DNA of 64,000 nucleotides from Candidatus Acidiferrales bacterium (GCA_035499435.1 DATJYW010000041.1:4175-68174); one strand, 5' to 3'; counted from the stretch's first letter, positions 44,059-54,706 are shown. Program-made: numbers and translations. The notes: generated from the letters alone by a model not told the origin.

Positions 44059-45153
44059 ATGCAAAAACAACTGACGAAGGGCAATGAGGCCATCGTAAAG
44101 GCGGCAGTTCTTGCGGGATGCCGTGCTTTCTATGGGTATCCGATCACTCCGGCCAGCGAAATCGCGGAGGCGGCGGCTCTATACCTGCCCCAGGCGGGCG
44201 GCGTTTTTGTCCAAGCGGAAAGCGAGGTCGCCGCGATCAACATGCTGTACGGCGGCGCGTCCGCGGGAGTCCGCGCTATGACCGCCTCCAGCGGGCCGGG
44301 CATCAGTCTCATGCAGGAAGGCTTCAGCTACCTTGCCGGATCGGAGCTTCCCTGCGTAGTAGCCGACATCATGCGGGGCGGTCCCGGACTGGGCAACATC
44401 GCGCCCGAGCAGAGCGATTACAACCAGGTGGTGAAAGGCGGCGGGCACGGCTGCTACCGCACCCTGGTCCTCGCACCCGGAAGTGTACAGGAAATGGCCG
44501 ATCTCACCACCCTGGCTTTCGACCTCGCGGACCGCTACTGCAACCCGGTGGTGGTCCTGGCCGATGGCTGCATCGGGCAGATGATGGAGCCGGTTGAATT
44601 CTCCGCGCGCGTCAGTGTGCCGCCACCGCCGGATTGGGCGGTGCTCGGCACCGCCGCCACCCGGCCCAACCTGATCACCTCTATCTACCTCGAGCCCGAC
44701 AGCCTGGAGCGTCACGTCCGCAAGCTGGAAGCCAAGTACCTGGCCGCCGAGCGCGACGAACCCCGCTTCGAATCGTGGCGCACCGATGACGCGGAGATCG
44801 TCCTGGTGGGATACGGCATTGTCGGCCGCGTTCTCAAGTCGGTAGTCGAACTGGCGCGTGCGCGGGGCATAGCCGCCGGACTGCTGCGTCCGATCACCCT
44901 CTATCCGTTCCCGAACGTCAAGATCCGTGAGCTGGCGCGGCATGCCAAGGCATTCGCGGCGGTCGAGCTTTCCACCGGGCAGATGGTTGACGATGTCCGC
45001 CTGGCGCTAGCCGGCAGCACGCCGGTCGAGTTCTTCAGCCGCGTGGGAGGCAACGTGCCGTCCGCGGAAGAGGTGCTCGCCTGGCTGGAGCGCACCTTTC
45101 CCTACGCCCTGCCGACCGCTCATCACATGGAGGAGGTGATGATCCATGGCTAG
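44059..45153 (+). CDS. 2-oxoacid:ferredoxin oxidoreductase alpha subunit
   Basis: ATG 44059 after [40 protein letters not shown]...[32 protein letters not shown] is typical of KorA/VorB. Confidence 0.85.
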   Translation: MQKQLTKGNEAIVKAAVLAGCRAFYGYPITPASEIAEAAALYLPQAGGVFVQAESEVAAINMLYGGASAGVRAMTASSGPGISLMQEGFSYLAGSELPCVVADIMRGGPGLGNIAPEQSDYNQVVKGGGHGCYRTLVLAPGSVQEMADLTTLAFDLADRYCNPVVVLADGCIGQMMEPVEFSARVSVPPPPDWAVLGTAATRPNLITSIYLEPDSLERHVRKLEAKYLAAERDEPRFESWRTDDAEIVLVGYGIVGRVLKSVVELARARGIAAGLLRPITLYPFPNVKIRELARHAKAFAAVELSTGQMVDDVRLALAGSTPVEFFSRVGGNVPSAEEVLAWLERTFPYALPTAHHMEEVMIHG

Positions 45154-46597
45154 CTATGCTCCCACCCATCAGCGCTCGCAAACGTTTTACGAGACTTTCG
45201 AGCGTAAGGCCGAGCTCCAGCACCAGACTCACTACTGCCCCGGCTGCGGCCACGGGATCGTCAGCAAGCTGCTGGCGAGGGCCATCGACGAGCTCGGCGT
45301 ACAGGATCGCGCGATCCTGGTCAGCCCGGTGGGCTGTTCGGTTTTCGGCTATTACTATTTCGACGTGGGCAACATTCAGGTGGCGCACGGCCGCGCGCCC
45401 GCTGCGGCCACCGGCGTGAAGCGCAGCCGGCCGGAGAGCATCGTAATCGCCTACCAGGGCGACGGCGACCTGGCCGCCATCGGTGCCGCGGAGATCCTGC
45501 ATGCCGCCAACCGCGGCGAGGCCATCACCGTGATCTTCGTCAACAACGGCATCTACGGCATGACCGGAGGCCAGATGGCCCCGACCACGCCGCTCGGCAA
45601 GAAGAGCACGACCTCGCCGTTCGGCCGCAACCAGTTCAACGACGGCTTCCCGGTACACGTCTGCGAGGTGCTCAATTCGCTGGAAGCTCCCGTCTACATC
45701 GAGCGCGTCTCGCTGGGCAACAACAAGCAGATCATGAATGCCGCGAAGGTCATCAAGCGCGCGGTGGAAAACCAGGTTAGAGGACTTGGATTTTCTTTCG
45801 TGGAAGTGTTGTCGCCCTGCCCCACCATCTGGAAGATGCAGCCGGTAGAGGCCCAACACTTCGTCGATACCGAAATGGCGGCCACCTTCGGCGTTTGCAA
45901 TCTGCGCGACCGGACAGCGCAGGCCGCCGCGCGCCCCGCACCACCGCCGCCTCCCTCGGCGGAAGAGATCTTCCGCATTCTCGGGCTCACGAACGGCTTC
46001 GAGGTCTCCCCCTCGGCGGCCCCGGTCCAACAACTCGATCTCCGCATCAAAGTCGCGGGCTTTGGCGGACAGGGTGTGCTGATGCTGGGTGAAGTCCTCG
46101 CGGAAGCCGGTCTCGAAGCCGGCTACGAGGTCTCCTGGCTGCCCTCCTACGGCCCGGAGATGCGCTCCGGCACTTCCAATTGCCAGGTGCGAATCGGCAA
46201 CCTGCCCATCGATTCGCCGCTGGTCAGCCGCCCCAATGTGCTACTCGCGCTGAACGAGCCCTCGCTCCGCAAGTTCCTCCCCGTCGTGGAAGAAGGCGGC
46301 GTCGTGCTCTACAACGGCGCGGAAATTCCCGAGGGCTGCGCCCGGCCGGACGTCCGGACGATCGCTCTGCCATTCACCGAGATCGCCGACCAGATGGGCG
46401 CCTCCAAGGTGGCCAACATCGTGATGCTGGGGACCCTTCTGGAAGCCACGGCGATCCTGGAGAATGCCCGCGTGATCGACGCCCTGAAGCGCGTGGTCAA
46501 GAACCAGCGCTTCTTCGATCTGGACGTGGCCGCCCTTGCCCGCGGACGCGAAGAATTCCAAAAATCGGGCAGCGACGATTACCTGTGGGGCGTCTGA
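45146..46597 (+). CDS. 2-oxoacid:ferredoxin oxidoreductase fused beta (TPP-binding) and gamma subunit
   Basis: The N-terminal half has YCPGCGHG and GDGDLAAIG...[11 protein letters not shown] (TPP motif). A Pro-rich linker [11 protein letters not shown] follows. The C-terminal half [21 protein letters not shown] is the gamma-subunit pattern. It overlaps the alpha stop by 8 nt. Confidence 0.85.
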   Translation: MASYAPTHQRSQTFYETFERKAELQHQTHYCPGCGHGIVSKLLARAIDELGVQDRAILVSPVGCSVFGYYYFDVGNIQVAHGRAPAAATGVKRSRPESIVIAYQGDGDLAAIGAAEILHAANRGEAITVIFVNNGIYGMTGGQMAPTTPLGKKSTTSPFGRNQFNDGFPVHVCEVLNSLEAPVYIERVSLGNNKQIMNAAKVIKRAVENQVRGLGFSFVEVLSPCPTIWKMQPVEAQHFVDTEMAATFGVCNLRDRTAQAAARPAPPPPPSAEEIFRILGLTNGFEVSPSAAPVQQLDLRIKVAGFGGQGVLMLGEVLAEAGLEAGYEVSWLPSYGPEMRSGTSNCQVRIGNLPIDSPLVSRPNVLLALNEPSLRKFLPVVEEGGVVLYNGAEIPEGCARPDVRTIALPFTEIADQMGASKVANIVMLGTLLEATAILENARVIDALKRVVKNQRFFDLDVAALARGREEFQKSGSDDYLWGV

Positions 46598-46604
46598 GGA
46601 CGCC

Positions 46605-47036
46605 CTACTTGGCCTGCATCTCCTCCAGATACATGACGAGCGCGTGCATGCGTCCCTGGGCCACAGTCATATTCCCGCTTACTTCGTTGAACGTCTTGCC
46701 CCACGTGGGCATATCGGCGCTGCCATGAGCCAAGATCGCCTGCTCGCCCTTCAGGATGGACATGACTTTGGTATCCGGGAACCGGCCGCCGTTGCGGCGC
46801 GCAATCTGGGTCAGATCCGAGGGAGGCATTTTGAGCGCGCTGGCCGCCGGTCCGCCGCCTTTGCCGTCGGTCCCATGGCACACCGCACAAAACTCCTGAT
46901 AGAGGTTCTTGCCGTCGATGCCCTTGGCGCCCACGGGCGTCACCTTCTTGACGGTCGTCTGCGCGAAGGCACAGGCGCAGGCTATCACGAGAATCACAGC
47001 ACTAATAAGATATCGAGATGTAGAAATCTTCTTCAT
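46605..47036 (-). CDS. Class I c-type cytochrome (membrane-anchored or secreted)
   Basis: Signal/anchor, haem motif CAVCHG, and a distal Met candidate in GSADMPTWG. Confidence 0.8.
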   Translation of the reverse strand: MKKISTSRYLISAVILVIACACAFAQTTVKKVTPVGAKGIDGKNLYQEFCAVCHGTDGKGGGPAASALKMPPSDLTQIARRNGGRFPDTKVMSILKGEQAILAHGSADMPTWGKTFNEVSGNMTVAQGRMHALVMYLEEMQAK

Positions 47037-47153
47037 GCCCGAATCGTAACGCCATTTCGAGCCGCCTTCAAGTCACCATGCACCTCTTTTGGGTGGGGGG
47101 CATAGCAAACAACACCCAATCGCACCCTTTATTCGCATTTTGTTCGGAGTAAC

Positions 47154-48134
47154 GTGAAATATAATGCAAACATGGCACGCTGGGGTCTGCTCATTCCGAT
47201 CTCTCTTCTACCTTTGTTCGCCGCCGATGAGCGGACCTGCACGATGCGCGATGCCGCGTTACCCACCAACAATCAGACCGTGGTCCTCTGCGAGCAGGGG
47301 CTGGTCCTGGTGACGGCCGACGAGGGCGCCACCTGGTCGACGCGCCGCATCACCCAGATGGGCGGTTTCCGCGCCATCGCGTTCATCGATTCCGCGCACG
47401 GCCTGGTGGTCGGCGATGGCGGGAAGATCTTCGCCACCGAGGATACCGGACGCACCTGGCAGCCCCGGACCTCCGGCGTCGCGGAGAATCTGACGGACAT
47501 CCAGATGATGGGCAACGAAGGCTGGATCGCCGGGTACACCGGTACCATGCTGCACACCGCGGACGGCGGCAAGACGTGGGCGAAACAGGACAGCGGAACC
47601 GCGCTCTCGCTGGAAGCCCTCTTCTTCCTGGACAACCTGGACGGCTGGGCCGTCGGCTGGTCGGGCACCGTCTTGCATACCACCGATGGCGGCAAGGCCT
47701 GGAAGCCGGTTAAGAACACGGGCGCCTCCTGGTCGCTCAGCTCGGTCTACTTCTCCGATGGCAAGGCCGGGTACATCTCGGGATTCGCCGGCCAGTTCTT
47801 TCGAACCAAGGATGGCGGCGCAACGTGGGAGACCAGGAAGGTGCCGGTTTCCGGCTGGCTGACCTCGATCGCCCACGACTCCGCCGGCCGGTTGTGGGTG
47901 ACCACCGACGATGGGTTTCTGATCACCCAGGACGGCGGCGATACCTGGAAGCTCCAGCCCGCCGTCACCAAGCTGTTCATCAACAAGCTGCTGCGCAACA
48001 CCGGGTCGATCTGGGCGCTGGGTCCGTTCGGACTGTTGAAACAGCAGGGGAACGGCCTGGAATTTAAGCGCATCATGAATCCGCTCTCCGGCGACGCCGA
48101 TCAGCAGACCACGCCCACGCCGCAGGCAAAATGA
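47154..48134 (+). CDS. Ycf48/BNR-repeat (Asp-box) beta-propeller protein
   Basis: Six Asp-box-like motifs: TADEGATWS, TEDTGRTWQ, TADGGKTWA, TTDGGKAWK, TKDGGATWE, TQDGGDTWK. The start is GTG 47154 or ATG 47172. Confidence 0.7.
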   Translation: MKYNANMARWGLLIPISLLPLFAADERTCTMRDAALPTNNQTVVLCEQGLVLVTADEGATWSTRRITQMGGFRAIAFIDSAHGLVVGDGGKIFATEDTGRTWQPRTSGVAENLTDIQMMGNEGWIAGYTGTMLHTADGGKTWAKQDSGTALSLEALFFLDNLDGWAVGWSGTVLHTTDGGKAWKPVKNTGASWSLSSVYFSDGKAGYISGFAGQFFRTKDGGATWETRKVPVSGWLTSIAHDSAGRLWVTTDDGFLITQDGGDTWKLQPAVTKLFINKLLRNTGSIWALGPFGLLKQQGNGLEFKRIMNPLSGDADQQTTPTPQAK

Positions 48135-48135
48135 C

Positions 48136-49761
48136 TTACATCCGGCATGTCCAGCCACGCGGCGAGGTGCGCTCCCGGCGCTGTCGCGAGATCAGGAAAA
48201 AATAACCCTCGCCCGCCGGCGTCACCGTATGGGGCGCCTGCCGCACGGCGTCGCGGTAGCGCGCGGGCATGACAAAATCAGCCTCGCCATGAGCCAAGGC
48301 GAGAGCGCCCAATTCCTCCGGTGTGGCAGCAAGGATCAGGGTAGCGATCGGGTCCGAGCTGTCGATGCCCCACTGACGCAGCCGGTCCCGAAAGCCGGGC
48401 TCGAGCTCGGACAGACGGTTGAACTGATCCACGGTCATGGCGATCCCCATCTGTTCGAAGGGCATGCCATATTGCGAATCGTAGGCCGCTGGATTCACCA
48501 TGGCATAGCGAACACGCGCGAGTGGGAGGGCGGCGGCGTAGAGATCGTCTGCGAGATCGACGACGATCAGCGGATTGTCGCGGTCCTGCTCGCAATAGGT
48601 GGCGAGCGGCGCGGCCAGGGGCTGCACGCTTGCCTTGCGGAATACCAGGCCCCACGGCATCTCGGGCAGACTGCATTTGACCAGGAACGCACCGGCGAGG
48701 CAGGCTAGCATCCAAGGCAGGTAGCGTCGCTGGGCGAATGGGCTGTGCGCGGCAGCAAGGATAGCCAGCGCCGGCACCAGCGGCAGCAGGTAGGTGGCGT
48801 TGCGATATTGCCAGACCATTACGCTGGCGGCCGCCGTCGCGATCCAGCACGCCAGCAGACTCGCGGCATGCGAACGGCGCCGCAGCTCATCGAAAAATGA
48901 CGGCAGGGCGGCCACCGTGACCGCGATCAAGACTGGATCCATGACGGCCAGGCGCGCGAGGTAGAACAGCGCCTGCGGTTCCTGCGAGGTCTGCGGCGGA
49001 GTGCCTGCCCCATACCCGAGGATTTCGAGTCCGACGTGCTCGGCCCAGAACCAGCGCGAGTGCGCGATCGCCTGGTACGCAAACCAGGGCGCGGCGAAGA
49101 GCGAGGCAAGCATGCCCGCGAGACAGATGCGGATAAAGGCAGGCTTGTACTTGCGCGGCGCGGCAAGCCAGTAGAAACCCAGCACACCGAGCGGCAGAAA
49201 ACCGGCGATCCCTTTCGCCAGGATCGCGCCGGCCACCGTCGCGGCAAACCCGACCAGCGAAGCGCGAGTCGCCAGCCAGGGATCGGTGAAGAGCACATAC
49301 ATCGCGGCGATGAAGCAGGCGACAAGCAGGCCGTCCGTCATGCAAAGGGTGCCGAGGACTTGCCAGAGATGATTCGAGAGGAGGAGCAGCACCGCGGCGG
49401 CTCCGGCCTGCCAGGTATGGACCTCGGCCGCCCAGAGGAAGATGAGGCCTGCCGCGAGGGCGGCGAAGAGCGTCACGGGCAACCGCAGCGGAAAGCGCGC
49501 GATACCGAGCAGCTTGGCGGAAAGCGCGGCCCACCAATAGAGCAGCGGCGGCTTATAAAGGGCGAAGCGGCCCATGAAGTGGGGAGTGAGCCAATCGCCC
49601 TGCGCGGCCATGTGGATGGCCGAGTTCGCGTAGAGCGCCTCGTCCTGGGCCGCCAGGCGGCTGATGGGATCCACGTAATCGCCGGCGAGGCCGATGAAAG
49701 CCGCTCGCGGGAGCAGGACAATCAGCGCGAGAAATGCTACCGCGCAAAAGGCCCGTCGCAT
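48136..49761 (-). CDS. GT-C glycosyltransferase (family 39/83, ArnT/PMT-like)
   Basis: Polytopic membrane protein. The first loop AAQDEALYANSAIHMAAQGDWLTPHFMGRFALYKPPLLYW carries the DE motif of ArnT/PMT enzymes. Confidence 0.75.
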   Translation of the reverse strand: MRRAFCAVAFLALIVLLPRAAFIGLAGDYVDPISRLAAQDEALYANSAIHMAAQGDWLTPHFMGRFALYKPPLLYWWAALSAKLLGIARFPLRLPVTLFAALAAGLIFLWAAEVHTWQAGAAAVLLLLSNHLWQVLGTLCMTDGLLVACFIAAMYVLFTDPWLATRASLVGFAATVAGAILAKGIAGFLPLGVLGFYWLAAPRKYKPAFIRICLAGMLASLFAAPWFAYQAIAHSRWFWAEHVGLEILGYGAGTPPQTSQEPQALFYLARLAVMDPVLIAVTVAALPSFFDELRRRSHAASLLACWIATAAASVMVWQYRNATYLLPLVPALAILAAAHSPFAQRRYLPWMLACLAGAFLVKCSLPEMPWGLVFRKASVQPLAAPLATYCEQDRDNPLIVVDLADDLYAAALPLARVRYAMVNPAAYDSQYGMPFEQMGIAMTVDQFNRLSELEPGFRDRLRQWGIDSSDPIATLILAATPEELGALALAHGEADFVMPARYRDAVRQAPHTVTPAGEGYFFLISRQRRERTSPRGWTCRM

Positions 49762-49858
49762 CTATAAGACGGTAACATGCGGGCGGGCGTTCCGAAGGCG
49801 CCCTGAAGGCGCGGGCAGGTGCGGAAGCCTGCCCCACGAACGGCTAGAATAAAGGTCC

Positions 49859-52800
49859 ATGAAGCTGATTGGTGGGTTGGTATTGGCTGTTGTATTGGCG
49901 GCGGGCCTCCGCGCACAGAATGAAGGCCGTCCTTATTTTACTGAGCCTTCGGTGGCGCCTAATCGGGCCGAGGTCGCCTTTGTTTCCGGCGGCGACATCT
50001 GGGCGGCGCCGCTGGCAGGCGGCGAGGCGCACCTTCTGGTATCTCATCCGGCGAATGAGACGCGGCCCATGTACTCGCCCGATGGAACGCGGCTGGCCTT
50101 CGTTTCCAGCCGCACCGGCAACGGCGATATCTACGTGCTGAATTTCGCGACCGGCGTGCAGAAGCGCATCACGTTCGACGACGGGCCGGAGGTGCTCGAC
50201 GGATGGTCGCGCGACGGCAAGTGGCTGTACTTTTCGTCGACCGCGCAGGATATCGCGGGCATGAACGACATCTTCCGTGTGAGTGCCGAGGGCGGCACGC
50301 CCATGCCGGTGAGCGCGGACCGTTATGTCGCGGAATACTTCTCGGCTCCATCTCCCGACGGGAGAATGCTCGCCTTCACCGCGCGCGGCAACACCAACGG
50401 CCAATGGTGGCGGCACGGGCACAGCCACCTCGACGAATCCGAGATCTGGCTCGCAGCGCTGGGCGCAGCGGCGAAATACGAACGGCTCGCCGGCGGCGAT
50501 TTCAAATGCCTCTGGCCCATGTGGAGCGCCGACGGAGCTCGCGTCTACTTCATGAGCGACCAGGGCGGGGCGGAGAACATCTGGGAAAAAACCGTGCGCG
50601 GCGGCGCGGCGAAGCAGGTGACACAGTTCAAAGACGGACGCGTACTCTGGCCCGGCATTTCCTACGATGGCAAGACCATCGTGTTCGAGCGCGATTTCGG
50701 CATCTGGAAGCTCGACGTGACCAGCGGCAAGGCGGCGCCGATCGAGATCTCGCGCCATGGCGGGGTGAGCTCGCCGGAAGTCAGCCACCTCACGATGAAC
50801 AACGGCTTCCGCGGCCTGGTTGTGGCACCGGATGGAAAGAAGCTGGCGTTCGTGGCGCACGGCCAGGTGTTCGCCGCTTCGGCGCGCGACGCCGGCGCCG
50901 CCACCCGTGTCACGCGATCGGCAGCGAGCGAGGACGAAATCGCTTGGGCGCCGGACAGCAAGCGCATCGCCTACGTCTCCGACCGCGACGGCGGCTACCG
51001 GCTCTACCTCTACGACTTCGGCGCCAGCTCCGAGACGCGTCTCACCGATGGCGCCGGCGGAGACACATCGCCCGGCTGGAGCCCCGACGGCAAACTTCTC
51101 GGTTTCGTGCGCGACGGCAGGCAGCTTTGTGTTTACGACCTGGCTGCGAAGCAGACCAGGGTGCTCGCCAAGGGCCACTTTCCGCGGCCGCCGTCCGGGG
51201 CGAATCGCTTCTACGCGTGGTCGCCGGACGCGAAGTGGATCGCCTACGCCACGACCGGGGAGCGCGGCTTCCGCAACGCCTACGTGGTGGCGGCCTCGGG
51301 AAGCGGCGAGCCGCGGCAGGTCAGCTTCCTCTCGAACGTCTTCGCCGGCACGGTGGTGTGGGCGCCCGACGGCACTTACCTGCTGTTCGACACCAACCAG
51401 CGCACCGAGAACAACAACATCGCCCGCATCGACCTGATTCCGCGCGCGCCGCGCTTCCGCGAGGACCGGTTTCGCGACCTGTTCAAGGACACGCCGCCGG
51501 CGGGCGGCCGCGGACAGGCGGCCGAAAAGCCGCCGGTGAAGCCGGTGGAGATCGCGTTCGACGGAATCCGCAATCGTCTGAGCCTCCTCGCTACCGGCCT
51601 GGACGGCCGATTGCAGCAGATCTCGCCTGACGGTAAGACGCTGCTCATCGCAGCAACAAGCGGAAGGCAGCAGAACCTGTACACGTATTCCCTGGACGAG
51701 ATGTCCACGGAGCCTCCGGTCGCGCGGCAGGTGACCTCGACGCCGGGCGCGAAAAACAGTGCGCAGTTGTCGCCGGATGGAAAAGAGATCTACTACCTGG
51801 AGCAAGGGAGGATCACGATCGCCACGCTCGAGAATCGGACGGCGCGGCCGTTGGCGACCACGGCCGAGATGGACATCGATTTCGAACGGGAGAAACGCGA
51901 GGTGTTCGCGCAGGCCTGGACGTACCTGAACGACAACTTCTTCGACCCGAAATTCAACGGCGTGGATTGGAGCGCCCTGCGCGAGCGCTTCGCTCCGCAC
52001 GTGGCGGGCGCGCGCACGCCGGATGAGCTGCGCCGCGTGCTCTCGCTGATGATCGGCGAGCTGAACGCGTCCCACTCCGGAGTGGGCGCTCCCACCGCCG
52101 GCGGCGGCGAAGGCCCGCCGCGCGGAATTGTCGGCAAACTGGGCCTGCGGTTCGACGCCGCGGAGTACGCTTCCAGCGGAAAGCTGAAGGTGAGCGAGGT
52201 GATTCCGCTGGGTCCCGCCGCTCTGGCCGGCGGCATCAAACCGGGCGATGTGCTGACCGCGGTGGACGGCGTCGAGATCGCGGCCCACACCAACCTGGAC
52301 GAGCTGACCGAGCACAAGGTGGGGACCCGCGTGACGCTGACCTTCGCTGACAAACGCGAGGTTGCCGTGCGTCCGATCTCGACCCAGGCCGAGAAGGATC
52401 TGGTCTACCGGGAATGGGTGGAGCAGCAGCGGGCATATGTCGCGAAGGCCAGCGGCGGTCGGCTCGGATACGTGCATATCCGCGACATGTCGGCACAGGC
52501 GCTGGACCAGTTGTACCTCGATCTCGATACCGAGAACCAGGGCCGCGAGGGCGTGGTGGTGGACGTGCGCAACAATAACGGGGGCTTCGTCAACGCCTAT
52601 GCCATCGACGTTCTGACCCGCCGCAGTTATCTCAAGATGGCGGACCGCGATGAGCCCGCCAATCCGGCGCGCATCGTGCTCGGTCAGCGGTCGCTGGAGA
52701 AACCGACGATCCTGGTGGTGAATCGCCACTCGCTGAGCGACGCCGAGGACTTCACCGAGGGCTACCGTGCCCTGAAGCTGGGCAAAGTGGTGGGCGAGCC

Positions 52801-53032
52801 GACGGCCGGATGGATTATCTACACCAGCAATACGACTCTGATTGACGGCACCTCGCTGCGCCTTCCGCATACGCGCGTGACCACGGCGGACGGAGCCCAG
52901 ATGGAGATGTATCCGCGGCCGGTGGATATCGCGGTGGACAAGCCAGTCGGCGAAGGTCTGGGAGGAAAGGATTCGCAACTGGACGCGGCGGTTAGGGAAC
53001 TGGTGAGGCAGATTGGTGGGAGTGGAAGGTAA
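49859..53032 (+). CDS. Tricorn protease homolog, paralog 2
   Basis: 1057 aa with a signal peptide. VAFVSGGDIWAAPLAGG, SPDG propeller blades, a PDZ-like GDVLTAVDGVEI, and an S41 C-terminus VVNRHSLSDAEDFTEGYRALKLGKVVGEPTAG. Confidence 0.85.
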   Translation: MKLIGGLVLAVVLAAGLRAQNEGRPYFTEPSVAPNRAEVAFVSGGDIWAAPLAGGEAHLLVSHPANETRPMYSPDGTRLAFVSSRTGNGDIYVLNFATGVQKRITFDDGPEVLDGWSRDGKWLYFSSTAQDIAGMNDIFRVSAEGGTPMPVSADRYVAEYFSAPSPDGRMLAFTARGNTNGQWWRHGHSHLDESEIWLAALGAAAKYERLAGGDFKCLWPMWSADGARVYFMSDQGGAENIWEKTVRGGAAKQVTQFKDGRVLWPGISYDGKTIVFERDFGIWKLDVTSGKAAPIEISRHGGVSSPEVSHLTMNNGFRGLVVAPDGKKLAFVAHGQVFAASARDAGAATRVTRSAASEDEIAWAPDSKRIAYVSDRDGGYRLYLYDFGASSETRLTDGAGGDTSPGWSPDGKLLGFVRDGRQLCVYDLAAKQTRVLAKGHFPRPPSGANRFYAWSPDAKWIAYATTGERGFRNAYVVAASGSGEPRQVSFLSNVFAGTVVWAPDGTYLLFDTNQRTENNNIARIDLIPRAPRFREDRFRDLFKDTPPAGGRGQAAEKPPVKPVEIAFDGIRNRLSLLATGLDGRLQQISPDGKTLLIAATSGRQQNLYTYSLDEMSTEPPVARQVTSTPGAKNSAQLSPDGKEIYYLEQGRITIATLENRTARPLATTAEMDIDFEREKREVFAQAWTYLNDNFFDPKFNGVDWSALRERFAPHVAGARTPDELRRVLSLMIGELNASHSGVGAPTAGGGEGPPRGIVGKLGLRFDAAEYASSGKLKVSEVIPLGPAALAGGIKPGDVLTAVDGVEIAAHTNLDELTEHKVGTRVTLTFADKREVAVRPISTQAEKDLVYREWVEQQRAYVAKASGGRLGYVHIRDMSAQALDQLYLDLDTENQGREGVVVDVRNNNGGFVNAYAIDVLTRRSYLKMADRDEPANPARIVLGQRSLEKPTILVVNRHSLSDAEDFTEGYRALKLGKVVGEPTAGWIIYTSNTTLIDGTSLRLPHTRVTTADGAQMEMYPRPVDIAVDKPVGEGLGGKDSQLDAAVRELVRQIGGSGR

Positions 53033-53942
53033 CACCGGCAGCGCGGACAGCACAAAACGATCGTCCGCGCCACAGGCGCGGCCACACATCGCGGTGCGCA
53101 TCGGCGTGTATGTGTTCCTCTGCTACGTCACGCTGGTGGTGTTCGGCAGCCTGTTTTCGTGGTTCGACAACCCGATCATCTCGGCAGTAGGTTCGAACCT
53201 GGTGGCCGGCGTATTTTCGAACTGGCTGGCGCTGCGGATCTTCGAGAGCCTGCACATCCCCGATGCGGGTTTGCAGGCGAACCGCGCGTCGGCGGAGAAC
53301 CTGGCCATCGGTGTGGCCGGTGGAATTGGCTCGGCGGCGCTCGTGCTGGGCCTGCCGCTGCTGCTTGGCGCGGCTCACCTGGCCCGCGTCGAAGGCGACG
53401 AGTTTTCCATCGGCAGCCTGCTGTTTCTGACTGTGCTGCTGGCAGGCGGGGCGATCGGCGAGGAGTTGATGGTCCACGGCTACGGTTTTCAGGCCCTGGC
53501 GGCGGCGGTGGGACCGTGGGCGGCAATCGTCCCCGTGGGCGTGCTGTTTGCCCTGCTCCACGGCTCGAATCCCGGCTCTACCTGGCTTAGCACGGGCATC
53601 ACCGGGGGGTTCGGGATTGTGTTCGGCTACGCCTGGCTGCGCAGCCGGGACCTCTGGCTACCCATCGGGCTACACTTCGGCTGGAACTTTACACTGCCCC
53701 TCTTCGGCGTCAACATCAGCGGGCTTAGAATAAGGGTGACGGGTTACGAGCTGTCGTGGACCGCCGGCAAGCTGTGGAGCGGCGGCGACTATGGACCGGA
53801 GGCCAGCGTTCTCACGGCCGCCGTCCTGGTGCTGCTGTTCGTTTACATCTGGAAAGCTCCCGTGCGCCGGCAATCTTCGAGGATCACGGATCCGCCAGCG
53901 GAGAGTACGGTATGCGAGCCGTCGCCATCATCGCTGTCCTGA
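53013..53942 (+). CDS. CPBP (CAAX/Abi) family intramembrane glutamic endopeptidase
   Basis: Motifs GEELMVHGY, FALLHGSN and LHFGWNF in a polytopic membrane protein. The TTG start overlaps the tricorn-2 stop by 20 nt, so the start is uncertain. Confidence 0.7.
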   Translation: MVGVEGNTGSADSTKRSSAPQARPHIAVRIGVYVFLCYVTLVVFGSLFSWFDNPIISAVGSNLVAGVFSNWLALRIFESLHIPDAGLQANRASAENLAIGVAGGIGSAALVLGLPLLLGAAHLARVEGDEFSIGSLLFLTVLLAGGAIGEELMVHGYGFQALAAAVGPWAAIVPVGVLFALLHGSNPGSTWLSTGITGGFGIVFGYAWLRSRDLWLPIGLHFGWNFTLPLFGVNISGLRIRVTGYELSWTAGKLWSGGDYGPEASVLTAAVLVLLFVYIWKAPVRRQSSRITDPPAESTVCEPSPSSLS

Positions 53943-54706
53943 CCCTGTCGCCGGGGCTCCTGCCCGCGGCGAACAAACTCACCTGGGAAGACCGCGTCGA
54001 GCTGATGCGCGGACTGAGCGCGGAGTACGCCACGGTAAAGGTCATGCTTCCGCGCTCGCGGAAGGCGCTGGAGTTCAACTCGGATGGTACCTACGATAAG
54101 GGCGTCTGGACCACTGTGTCACGCGAGGGCGGGCCGGCGGCGCGCACCGGTGACCTGGTGCAGGTGACCAAGGTGGATATCGAAGACGACCGCATTGTCC
54201 TGCAGATCAACGGCGGCTACAAGGGCGGAAGGAAGTGGTACCAGGGCGTGCAGATTTCGGGCGGTATGGGCGGCGCCGATGTGCCGGTTAACCAGGGCAG
54301 CGACAGCAACGCGCCCGGAGGCACCTCGATCGCAGTCCTCTTCCACAAACCACTGGAACCGATCAAAGCGATCGAGGTCAAGAAAATGCTGGCGCCGGTG
54401 CTGGATTTCGAAAAGCACTCGGCCACACAGCTTTATAGCGAGAGCCTGCCGGTGGACATCCAGGACGCGATCAAGGAGAAGCGCGCCAAAGTGGGGATGA
54501 ACCGCGAGGAGGTCATCATGGCGCTGGGCCGGCCGCAGCACAAGTCGCGCGAGACCAAGGATGGGCTGGAGACCGAAGATTGGGTCTATGGCACGCCGCC
54601 GGGGAAGATCACATTCGTGACGTTCAACGGCGACAAAGTCATCAAGGTGAAGGACTCCTACGCGGGGCTGGGCGAGCAGGTGGGCGATCCCAAGGTGGTA
54701 CGCTAG
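53912..54706 (+). CDS. Secreted protein with C-terminal BamE/SmpA-OmlA-like domain
   Basis: ATG 53912 after GGAGAG. Signal MRAVAIIAVLTLSPGLLPAA. C-terminus GMNREEVIMALGRPQHKSRETKDGLETEDWVYG...ITFVTFNGDKVIKV resembles BamE. It overlaps the CPBP gene by 31 nt. Confidence 0.5.
   Translation: MRAVAIIAVLTLSPGLLPAANKLTWEDRVELMRGLSAEYATVKVMLPRSRKALEFNSDGTYDKGVWTTVSREGGPAARTGDLVQVTKVDIEDDRIVLQINGGYKGGRKWYQGVQISGGMGGADVPVNQGSDSNAPGGTSIAVLFHKPLEPIKAIEVKKMLAPVLDFEKHSATQLYSESLPVDIQDAIKEKRAKVGMNREEVIMALGRPQHKSRETKDGLETEDWVYGTPPGKITFVTFNGDKVIKVKDSYAGLGEQVGDPKVVR

Noticed and set aside
15266-53032. Inverted tricorn paralogs as recombination substrates for a 31-kb inversion
   Set aside because: The two genes are divergent at the protein level (for example VFSPDGTRIAFTGEYDGNVDVFVV versus MYSPDGTRLAFVSSRTGNGDIYVL), so long identical DNA tracts are unlikely.
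49844-53101. 1085-aa minus-strand ORF
   Set aside because: It lies antisense to tricorn paralog 2, is Arg-rich, and has no domain signatures.
53185-53200. ggttcgaacc T-loop-like string
   Set aside because: It lies inside the CPBP protease coding frame and has no surrounding cloverleaf.
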